A DNA stretch of 64,000 nucleotides from a virus, in IMG/VR virus record IMGVR_UViG_3300050500_000418. The stretch is one strand, 5' to 3'. A program made the position numbers and the translations under genes. The notes under the pieces were generated by a model that saw only the letters and a program-made list of their open reading frames with translations, had not been told where the DNA came from and made no database searches. Shown piece after piece: positions 56,433 to 64,000 of the stretch (its first letter is position 1; each line of letters opens with the position of its first letter).

Positions 56433-58861
56433 TGGCCAACGACTGGAACACCAACGCCCCTGCCGTCCTCGGCAACGAGACGATGAACACCGTCGGCTCG
56501 TCCGACCCCATAGCCCAATCACAACCCGGCCTCGTCCAGGGCTTCACCTCGACGGCCACAGAGACGATCACAGACATCGAGTTGGCCCTCGCCTCCGACC
56601 CTGCCGTGACGGCGCCCCTCTACACCCTGTGGGAGGTCTTCACGCAGGGCGCCGAGGACCCCGGGACCCTCCAAGTCGTGGAGTACGCGCCGATCCTCGA
56701 CGAGTCCATCGGCTCCTGGACGGACCCGCTGGGCGGCACCACCAACCTCTACCTCTACATCGACGATCCCGTCGTGTTCCCTCCAGCGTCAGCGACGGAC
56801 TACATCCTCAACATCGGTGGCGGCACCTCCCAGTACCGATGCTCCGTTGACTCCAGCGCCTTCCCTCTGACGGCCCGCGTCTCGAGGCTGTCCATGCGCG
56901 CCGTGGTGGGCCTGGACCCGAATCGCACCAGCACCATCCCCCGCACCTTCACCCTGTCCTTCTTCCACCAGCCCACCTCCACCGTCTACCAGCCCCCCGG
57001 CGCCAGCTTCGTGAACAACGGCCTGGCACCCAACCCCATCGAGGTCTCGATGGGCGAAATCAACCCCGTGACGGGGCTGCCCTGGTGCCCCGATGATGTG
57101 CGCAGCTTCGACTCCGGGGACTGGCACCTTCGCATCACGGCACTAGGCACGGTCGCGTGCGGCGCCGTCGTCCTGTCCATGTCGCTGAAGGTCTCCTACT
57201 GGACGACGGAGAACCGCGACGCCGTGGGCGTGTGGCAGCGCCCCGCCGGGGCCCTCGCCACGATCGTCTCCAGTGACACCCTCGTCGAGCCGGACGGGGC
57301 CGGTGGGTGGGCCACGAACTGGTCGAAGGTCAACGCGACCGACTACCTCCTCGCTCCCCGCTGGGGCCGCGACACCCTCCTGTCAGGGTCCACGACGCCG
57401 GCGTCAGACATCCGGTGGCTGTCCAGTTACCAGGACCTGGGCGATGGCGGGAACCCTGCGGGCATCAGCTACCCGTCGGTGCCCGGCCTCGTCTCCCAAA
57501 CGAATTGGCAAGTCGGGTCCCACGGTGAGCCGGTGCAGGCATTCGAGGGAACGAGCCGGCGCATGGGCCGCTTCGTGCTGCGCACATCGGCACCGGCCGA
57601 CTCGGATGACTCCCAGCCCTACACCATGGAGTTCTCCGGGGACCACCTGCGCGTCCTCGACTCGGGGACCTCGATCGCGCAGCGCATCACGAGCCCGGGC
57701 GCCAACAACTACCTGGGGGTGCGCCTCGTCATCATTCCCCCCAGCACAGCGGACGCGACCCTCACCGTTCGGGTCTTCACGACGGGCGGCGCCCAAGTCG
57801 GCACCGGGGCCTTCACCATCACCGCCGAGGAGGTGCGGGCCCTGCCCCGCATCAACGACACGGAGCTGCGGTACGTGGAGGGCTTCTTCTCCGCGGTGGT
57901 GGCCCTGTCAGCGGCGACGCAATACGACGTGCGCCTCGACGTCGACACGACCGATGACTGGGTCGTGGAGACGCCCTACTGCTACACCGGCGACGCCTCC
58001 TCATCATTCGGTGGTACCACGGACAGCCTCCGGGTAGGCGGCGTGGCCGTCGCTGACGCTGACGCCATGGTCACCATCCTCATCCAGCCCGCGGCGCCCA
58101 CGAACGTGCGAGCCGAGGTCGACCAGCAACCCACCGGTGACGCCCGGTGCTTCTGCAGGGTGCCCTACATCGATCAGAGCCTCGTCCGCTGGACGGCCAC
58201 CGCCCTCGCCGGGAGCTTCTCGCGCTACGAGATCCAACGGCGCTACGACTCCGGGGACGGCACAGAGCCGGTGTGGGAGGACGTGGCCAGCATCGACACC
58301 GAGGCGACGACGTTCTTCGCTGACTACGAGGCCCGCCGCAACCGGTCGGCCCAGTACCGCATCCGCTCCGTGGCCACGACCGCCGCCTTCTCTGACTGGG
58401 CGACGACCGACTGGATCATCCCCCTCACCTACGGGTGCGAGCTGATCCTCACCAGCAACGCCGACCCGAGCCTCCAAGTCGTCTACACCCGGGAGCCGGG
58501 CGTCGACTACACCCCCCTGCGCTCCGACGTCCTCCTCCAGCTAGAGGGCCGCGAGTACCAGGTGGCCTTCAAGGACCCCCAGCGCCGAGGCATGTCCAAG
58601 ACGCTGACCATCGTGGCCAACTTCGGGCAGCAGCCCACCAACCAAGTCGGCCAGGACATCGGTCTGGACGCTGTGTGGGCGCCGCTGGAGGCCCTCGTGG
58701 ACGCGTCGCTGCCCTACGTCTGCGTCCTCGACCACTACGGCAACGTCACGTACGCGCACATCGAGATCGACCAGGCGCGCAACCAGGAACCGGCCTTCCG
58801 GTACCACGCCCGCCTCGTCATAACGCCCCTCACCGGCACGCCGACCGTCGCCACCCCCTGA
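56432..58861 (+). CDS. minor tail protein
   Basis: GTG 56432 (overlaps TAG) in frame of ORF-track 56381..58861; position after tape measure. Confidence 0.6.
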   Translation: MANDWNTNAPAVLGNETMNTVGSSDPIAQSQPGLVQGFTSTATETITDIELALASDPAVTAPLYTLWEVFTQGAEDPGTLQVVEYAPILDESIGSWTDPLGGTTNLYLYIDDPVVFPPASATDYILNIGGGTSQYRCSVDSSAFPLTARVSRLSMRAVVGLDPNRTSTIPRTFTLSFFHQPTSTVYQPPGASFVNNGLAPNPIEVSMGEINPVTGLPWCPDDVRSFDSGDWHLRITALGTVACGAVVLSMSLKVSYWTTENRDAVGVWQRPAGALATIVSSDTLVEPDGAGGWATNWSKVNATDYLLAPRWGRDTLLSGSTTPASDIRWLSSYQDLGDGGNPAGISYPSVPGLVSQTNWQVGSHGEPVQAFEGTSRRMGRFVLRTSAPADSDDSQPYTMEFSGDHLRVLDSGTSIAQRITSPGANNYLGVRLVIIPPSTADATLTVRVFTTGGAQVGTGAFTITAEEVRALPRINDTELRYVEGFFSAVVALSAATQYDVRLDVDTTDDWVVETPYCYTGDASSSFGGTTDSLRVGGVAVADADAMVTILIQPAAPTNVRAEVDQQPTGDARCFCRVPYIDQSLVRWTATALAGSFSRYEIQRRYDSGDGTEPVWEDVASIDTEATTFFADYEARRNRSAQYRIRSVATTAAFSDWATTDWIIPLTYGCELILTSNADPSLQVVYTREPGVDYTPLRSDVLLQLEGREYQVAFKDPQRRGMSKTLTIVANFGQQPTNQVGQDIGLDAVWAPLEALVDASLPYVCVLDHYGNVTYAHIEIDQARNQEPAFRYHARLVITPLTGTPTVATP

Positions 58862-58867
58862 GGCCCG

Positions 58868-59941
58868 ATGGTCTACGCCCCCACCACTGACCAGCTCCTC
58901 AACCTGGATGGCGTGTACCAGCGCAGCGACAGCTTCCGCTTCGTCCTCCTCGACCGTGACGAGCAGACCATCGGTGACCTGTACCCCAACCTGAGTCGCA
59001 CCCCCACCGTGGGCTTCAACAGCTCCGGGCAGAATCCCCGGAGCCTCACGAACTTCGACCTGACGCCCGACCAGCAAGCCGACATCAACATCCTCAGCGA
59101 CCGGGTGCAGGTCTTCATGGACCTGGAGAACGGCGATAGTTACAGCCTCGGGATCTTCCTGTGGGGCAACGGCGACCGCCCCTACTACTCGTGGGGCGAG
59201 GCCCTCGTGTCCTCCCTCGTAGACAAGAGCCTGATCCTCAACCAGGGCATCAAGAAGACGATCGGCTTCAACCGGGGCGCCGATGTTGGCATCGCTGCGC
59301 TGGGCGTGGCCCTGGAGGTCCTGGCCCTCGATGAGATCATCCTGGATGCCATCAGCGCGGACCTGGGCGCCTCCCGCGCCGATGCGCCGGGCACCTCCAG
59401 GACGCAGATCCTGGCCGACTTCATGGAGCTCGTCGGGTTCCTGCCCCCCCACTTCAACCGGGACGGGAAGCTGCGCCTCACCGATACGCCCGACCTGACG
59501 ATGGTCACGCCCACCATCCCCGCGTACACCGTGGGCGCTGACTCGCGGGTCATCGTGAACAGCGTCACCCGCAGCGACGATGGCCTCCAGGCGCCCAACA
59601 CCTACATCGTGTATGAGACGTCCGGGCAGTCCACCGTCCGCGGCGAGTACAACATCGACTCCTCCGAGCCGCACTCCGAGGACGCCCGCGGCTTCCCCGT
59701 GCCCAAAGTCGAGGGGCGCACCGGCCTGAGGACGACCGCCCAGGCCAACAAGGCCGCGAAGGCCATGGCCACCACCCGCTCCGAGACGTTCAAGTGGGTG
59801 AACTGGTCGACGCCCGCCGACCCCCGCCACGACGCGTGGGACCCCGTCACCGTCCTGGGCATCACCTACATCGAGACGGCATGGTCGCTTCCGTGCGTGC
59901 CAGGCGGCGTCATGACGCACACCGCGAGGACGGTCTACTGA
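58868..59941 (+). CDS. minor tail protein
   Basis: ORF track; position. Confidence 0.55.
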   Translation: MVYAPTTDQLLNLDGVYQRSDSFRFVLLDRDEQTIGDLYPNLSRTPTVGFNSSGQNPRSLTNFDLTPDQQADINILSDRVQVFMDLENGDSYSLGIFLWGNGDRPYYSWGEALVSSLVDKSLILNQGIKKTIGFNRGADVGIAALGVALEVLALDEIILDAISADLGASRADAPGTSRTQILADFMELVGFLPPHFNRDGKLRLTDTPDLTMVTPTIPAYTVGADSRVIVNSVTRSDDGLQAPNTYIVYETSGQSTVRGEYNIDSSEPHSEDARGFPVPKVEGRTGLRTTAQANKAAKAMATTRSETFKWVNWSTPADPRHDAWDPVTVLGITYIETAWSLPCVPGGVMTHTARTVY

Positions 59942-60249
59942 TGGCCCTCTCCAGCGCCGAACGTGACCGCATCGTGGCCGACGTCCTCCGCCAGGTCGCG
60001 CCCCTCCTCCAGCAGGCCGTCACCTCATCAGTCAACGTGGCCCTGGCCCGAGTCCGCATCACCCGCTTCGTGGGCGCGAGCGTGCAGGATGCTGATGGCG
60101 ACGTCGTCTACGTGGCCCCCGACGATGACCCGTCCACGACCATCGAGGCGACCCGCCTATCGGCATCCCAGGTGGCCGGCACCCGCTGCCTCCTGATCTT
60201 CTCCAGCGAGCTGCGCGGCGCCGTCTACGCCGTGGGCGTCATCCCATAG
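59941..60249 (+). CDS. hypothetical tail-module protein
   Basis: ATG 59941 (TGATG overlap) in frame of ORF-track 59794..60249. Confidence 0.5.
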   Translation: MALSSAERDRIVADVLRQVAPLLQQAVTSSVNVALARVRITRFVGASVQDADGDVVYVAPDDDPSTTIEATRLSASQVAGTRCLLIFSSELRGAVYAVGVIP

Positions 60250-60261
60250 GAGGGCCCGCCC

Positions 60262-60711
60262 TTGACCTGCGACACCAACGAGATCGACTTCGACGAGCTC
60301 CTGTCAAACGTCACGATCTCGGCCATCGGCAACATCCTCACCGTGACCGCTGTGACGGAGCTGCTCCGCGTGTCAGTCCCGGACTTGCCCGCCCCCGTGT
60401 ACGTAGGCGGCCAGGCCGCCGTCCAGAACGCCACCGCCGGCAACAGCAACCTGGACGTGTACCTCGTCATCGGCCCCGCATCAGCGGCCGGGACCCTCTC
60501 GGCCGCCTCCGCCATCGACGCGCACGGCGTCATCAACGTGGGCGGCTCCACGACTGAGCCCCCCGGCCGCAAACTGCGCGTCGAGCGGCGCATCCCCGCC
60601 CACTCCCCCGGCGACTACATCCTGGGAGCCTGGCGCGAGACAGGCTCCGACACCGGCGCCGCCGTCGGCAACGCCGTCACACCCATCCAGGCATGGGCAC
60701 GCCGCGCATGA
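60262..60711 (+). CDS. hypothetical protein
   Basis: ORF track (TTG start, SD AGGAGGG upstream). Confidence 0.5.
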   Translation: MTCDTNEIDFDELLSNVTISAIGNILTVTAVTELLRVSVPDLPAPVYVGGQAAVQNATAGNSNLDVYLVIGPASAAGTLSAASAIDAHGVINVGGSTTEPPGRKLRVERRIPAHSPGDYILGAWRETGSDTGAAVGNAVTPIQAWARRA

Positions 60712-61499
60712 CGTCCCGCCTCTGGCGCGCCTACACCACCCGCCGCGTCGGCGCCTACGTCGCCTCTGAGACGCAAATCGAGTACAAGAGCAGCCTGCGG
60801 TCGAGCACCGGCCGCGTGCCCATCATCTACTGCCACGGCCTCCTCGCCGCAGCCGCGGACCTGCGCAAGACGTCCTATGTGCCCCGCTTCGGGGCCATCG
60901 CCGAGTTGGCCGGTCCCGTCCTCGTCGCCGATCTGGGCGGCCTCGCCACATGGGCCAACGACACGGTTGTAGCCGTGACGACGGGCCGCATCGACGTCCT
61001 CGTCGCGTGGGCCGGAACGAACCTGGGCACCCGAACGGACAAGGTCTTCATCGCCGGGGAGTCCATGGGAAGCCTGGCCGCCCTGAACTGGGCGTGGCGC
61101 AACCCCACCCGCTGCGCCGGCATCTGGCTACGGGCGCCCATCACCCGCATGCAAGAACTCCACAACCGCCTCCTCGGGCACCCCACCCTCTCCGGCATCC
61201 CTTCCACCATGGAAACCGCGTACACCAACATCGCCGGCCTCTCCGCCGCCTACCCCACCCACGACCCCGCCGACCCCGCCAACACCACCGCCCACGGCGT
61301 CCTCACATCCTTCGGAGGCCGCACCCGCCTCGACGCCACCAGCGATGACGAGGTCGTTCCCTCCACCGAGCCCATCCTGTACGCCAACACCTACGGCGCC
61401 GAGTTGCACATGCGACCCGGCGACCACGATTCCAACCTCATCACCCCCATCACCGAGGTCGCCGAGTGGATAGCGACGACCATCGACGCCAACTCCTAG
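60708..61499 (+). CDS. alpha/beta-hydrolase (esterase/lipase-like, GESMG nucleophile elbow)
   Basis: ATG 60708 (ATGA overlap) in frame of ORF-track 60693..61499; ..IIYCHGL.. and ..FIAGESMGSLAAL.. Confidence 0.55.
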   Translation: MTSRLWRAYTTRRVGAYVASETQIEYKSSLRSSTGRVPIIYCHGLLAAAADLRKTSYVPRFGAIAELAGPVLVADLGGLATWANDTVVAVTTGRIDVLVAWAGTNLGTRTDKVFIAGESMGSLAALNWAWRNPTRCAGIWLRAPITRMQELHNRLLGHPTLSGIPSTMETAYTNIAGLSAAYPTHDPADPANTTAHGVLTSFGGRTRLDATSDDEVVPSTEPILYANTYGAELHMRPGDHDSNLITPITEVAEWIATTIDANS

Positions 61500-61509
61500 G
61501 ATCGCCACC

Positions 61510-61734
61510 ATGGCCGAGCGACACTTGCGAGTCACCCAACAGAGGACTCCCGAGCTGGGCGGCCTCGTCGAGCTGGCCCACGGCACCATCAACGACGGCG
61601 ACGACACGGTGCACCTCACGCTCCTGTTCCCCGCCGAGCGGCAAGTCGAGATGCCCCTCGGGCAACTCGAGGCGCAGGTCGCGTCCGTCAACGAGAACAG
61701 CGGATGGGCCACCGTCCTCGTCTGGGACGACTAG
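61510..61734 (+). CDS. hypothetical protein
   Basis: ORF track. Confidence 0.5.
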   Translation: MAERHLRVTQQRTPELGGLVELAHGTINDGDDTVHLTLLFPAERQVEMPLGQLEAQVASVNENSGWATVLVWDD

Positions 61735-61741
61735 CGGCCCC

Positions 61742-62122
61742 GTGGCCGAGCCCGCCACGATCCTCACCGCCATCACCACCGCCGGCTCGGTCCTCCTGGG
61801 AGGCGGGGCCCTCTGGCGATCCATGCGCCAGGACACGACCAACGCCGCCAGCACCCGCACAGACGCGGCGATCGCGAGCCTCGAACGGCAACTCGCTGAC
61901 CGCACGACCGCCGAGCAAACCCTCCGGTCCGAACTGAACGCTGAGCGCGCCGAGCGGAGAGCCTCCGAGGAGCGGCTGCGCCGGGAGCACGCCGAACAGG
62001 TCGCCGCCCTCCAACAGGCCCTAAGTGACGTGCGTGTCCTCGTGGCCCGATGCGAGGAACGCAACAAAGTCCTCGACCAGCGCCTGGGCCTCGACCGGGA
62101 GGAACACGATGAGCGTCCGTGA
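61742..62122 (+). CDS. membrane-anchored coiled-coil protein (lysis-region location)
   Basis: GTG 61742 in frame of ORF-track 61466..62122; N-terminal TM then Arg/Glu-rich helix. Confidence 0.45.
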   Translation: MAEPATILTAITTAGSVLLGGGALWRSMRQDTTNAASTRTDAAIASLERQLADRTTAEQTLRSELNAERAERRASEERLRREHAEQVAALQQALSDVRVLVARCEERNKVLDQRLGLDREEHDERP

Positions 62123-62528
62123 GACTCTACGAGCTCGCCGCTGGTGGCGCTGGCAGACGGCCGCCGCCGCATCAGGCCTCACCCTGTCCCTCACCGCCGG
62201 CATCTCCGTGGGCACCAACTACCTCGACGAGCGGTCCGATGTGGCCAACGACGAGGCGGCCCGACTGCGGTCCCAACGCGCTGACTACGAGGCCGAGTGT
62301 CGCTTCACGCTCAACCTGGACGTCCTCGTCATCGAGGGTGAGCAACTCGACGGGATGAGCGACCTCCTCTCAGCCCTCGCCGCCGAGGACCGGGACCAGG
62401 CCCTCACCGTCGTCGGGCACCTCGTTGACCTGAAGAGGCAGAAGGACGCCGCCGAGGAACGCCGCGCCGGAGCTGTGGAGACGTGCAACCGCCAGGCCCA
62501 CGACCTGTACCCCACCCCTGGCGGGTGA
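62109..62528 (+). CDS. membrane-anchored protein (lysis-region location)
   Basis: ATG 62109 in frame of ORF-track 62025..62528; basic N-terminus plus TM. Confidence 0.45.
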   Translation: MSVRETLRARRWWRWQTAAAASGLTLSLTAGISVGTNYLDERSDVANDEAARLRSQRADYEAECRFTLNLDVLVIEGEQLDGMSDLLSALAAEDRDQALTVVGHLVDLKRQKDAAEERRAGAVETCNRQAHDLYPTPGG

Positions 62529-62547
62529 GGCCGGTACCCTCACCGGT

Positions 62548-62883
62548 ATGAGCGAAACCGACACCGTCGGCTGGATCATCGAAGAGGCCACCGACCACGA
62601 CGACGCGCCGGGCGGAGGCATCGACGACTGCACCGGCGCCACCCTGGAGGGGACCGTCGACCAGCTCACCGCCGACGACGAGCTGGCCGCCACGCTGACG
62701 GTCCCCGTCGAAGGTCTGGATGGCGTCAACCTCCCCGACAACGACGAGGCTGCCGCCACCTACGGCGACGGCACCGAAGACCACGAACCCACGCCCCCCA
62801 CCCCCGAGCCCGAGGCGGCCGAGGACGAGGCGGCCTACGAGGCGGACGTGCGACGCCAACTCCGAGGGCCGACCGGTGGCTGA
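62548..62883 (+). CDS. hypothetical acidic protein
   Basis: ORF track. Confidence 0.5.
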   Translation: MSETDTVGWIIEEATDHDDAPGGGIDDCTGATLEGTVDQLTADDELAATLTVPVEGLDGVNLPDNDEAAATYGDGTEDHEPTPPTPEPEAAEDEAAYEADVRRQLRGPTGG

Positions 62884-63610
62884 CGCCAGCTTCGGCCGCG
62901 GGTACCCCGACTGCTCCTACCCCAAGGTCACCCTGTCCAAGGCCGGCGGCCTTCGCGTCGTGGTCCACCGCGAGCTGGCCGACCTGTTCTCCATGCTCAT
63001 CGACCTGACCGAGATGATGGGCTACGACATCCAGGTCGGGCAGACGTGGGGCGCCGCGTGCCGGCCCATCCGCGGGACCCAAACCCCGAGCAACCACTCG
63101 TGGGGCACGGCCCTCGACATCAACAGCCTCCAGAACCCGCAGCGTCGGCCCATCAAGACGAACATGCCCAAGCGGGTCGTGGACCTCTGGAAGAACCACG
63201 GCTTCCGGTGGGGCGGCGACTACCAGACCTCCACGCCGGACCCCATGCACATGGAGTTCATGGGCACCGTCGCCCAAGCCCGCGCCATCACCGCACGCCT
63301 CCGGGCCTTCCTCGAGGACAGCAACCCGGCCACCCCCAAGCCCCCCGCCACCCCACCGGCCCTCGCCGGCAAGCCCGCGTGGCGCAAGTACCCCGGTCCC
63401 GTCAGGCTGGGCATGGGCACACCCGAGCGGCCAAGCCCCGCCGTGAAGGTGTGGCAGCAACTCCTCGTGGACCGGGGCTACCGCCTCAAAGTCGACGGCG
63501 TCTTCGGGCTGGCCACGAACCACGTCGTCATGGATTGGCAGCGCAAGCACGGCCTCAAGATCGACGGCATCGGCGGCACAGCGACCTGGCACCAGCTCCT
63601 CTACGGCTGA
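62876..63610 (+). CDS. endolysin: M15-family (VanY-like) peptidase with C-terminal peptidoglycan-binding domain
   Basis: GTG 62876 in frame of ORF-track 62720..63610; ..SNHSWGTALDIN.., ..DPMHMEF.. PG_binding_1-like ..VKVWQQLLVDRGYRLKVDGVFG.. Confidence 0.75.
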   Translation: MADASFGRGYPDCSYPKVTLSKAGGLRVVVHRELADLFSMLIDLTEMMGYDIQVGQTWGAACRPIRGTQTPSNHSWGTALDINSLQNPQRRPIKTNMPKRVVDLWKNHGFRWGGDYQTSTPDPMHMEFMGTVAQARAITARLRAFLEDSNPATPKPPATPPALAGKPAWRKYPGPVRLGMGTPERPSPAVKVWQQLLVDRGYRLKVDGVFGLATNHVVMDWQRKHGLKIDGIGGTATWHQLLYG

Positions 63611-63621
63611 ACGGAGACCAC

Positions 63622-64000
63622 ATGCTCGCCACCCTCACAGCGCTGGCACAGGATGCCGGCAACGCCACCCCCGACTCACCCGTCGGGACGGTCTTCACCA
63701 TCAACAACAGCCTCGTCCTCCTCCTGGTGGGCTTCGTGCTGCCCCTGGTGAACGGCCTCCTCAACCACCCCAGCAACCCCGCGTGGGTGAAGATCGGCCT
63801 CGCCGGTGCCCTGGCCGCCGTGGGCAACGCCTTCGTGCAGACAATCCAGGACGACGGGACGGCGATCCTCTCGCAGGAGTGGCTCCTCCAGACGCTCATC
63901 ATCTTCGCCACCGGCATCGGCACGTACCTCGGCGTCTGGGACCCCCTCCTCCGGTCGAGGGGCGGCCTCAACCAGGCCACCGGGCCAGGCGTCATCCGGC
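63622..64000 (+). CDS. putative holin / membrane protein (partial, runs off window)
   Basis: Hand translation from ATG 63622 (SD GGAG upstream); several hydrophobic helices; no stop before window end. Confidence 0.45.
   Translation, partial: MLATLTALAQDAGNATPDSPVGTVFTINNSLVLLLVGFVLPLVNGLLNHPSNPAWVKIGLAGALAAVGNAFVQTIQDDGTAILSQEWLLQTLIIFATGIGTYLGVWDPLLRSRGGLNQATGPGVIR

Overview
This 64-kb, high-GC window has every credible gene on the + strand. It reads as most of a tailed (siphovirus-type) actinobacterial phage or prophage.

Gene order:
- 1-19.3 kb: about 55 small genes of unknown function, six tRNA genes, and a tandem array of small ORFs that each begin Met-Cys.
- 19.4-21.6 kb: ribbon-helix-helix (RHH)-like protein, a small-terminase-position gene and the large terminase.
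- 21.7-26.7 kb: small genes plus an SGNH lipoprotein, a DUF1360-like membrane protein and a GmhB-like HAD phosphatase.
- 26.9-31.2 kb: portal (apparently fused to a MuF-like domain) and prohead protease.
- 31.2-32.7 kb: about 1.5 kb with no credible ORF.
- 32.7-39.9 kb: major capsid and further structural genes, including an SGNH-domain protein.
- 40.2-48.0 kb: island of glycosyltransferases, methyltransferases and an acetyltransferase, enclosing an LPXTG-anchored Excalibur-domain protein.
- 48.5-60.7 kb: gp10-like neck protein, tail chaperones with a CCCTTTG -1 slippery site, tape measure and minor tail proteins.
- 60.7-64.0 kb: alpha/beta hydrolase, M15 endolysin with a PG-binding domain, and a holin-like gene.

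Three unusual signals:
1. One conserved cassette recurs about 25 times: -35 TTGACC, the palindrome CTAACCCGGGTTAG overlapping a TAGNNT -10, then ATG(AGCAC) 6-8 nt later. This implies leaderless mRNAs under a shared operator.
2. One copy of that cassette drives about 1.1 kb of highly structured non-coding sequence ending in a strong terminator. It sits between the protease and capsid genes and contains a circularly permuted tRNA-like module.
3. Fifteen ATGTG(C/T) Met-Cys starts lie in 3.3 kb, mostly joined by TGATG stop/start overlaps. Their N-termini resemble mature lipoprotein N-termini.

No integrase, repressor or replication gene was recognised. All functional calls rest on motif recognition by eye and need database confirmation.
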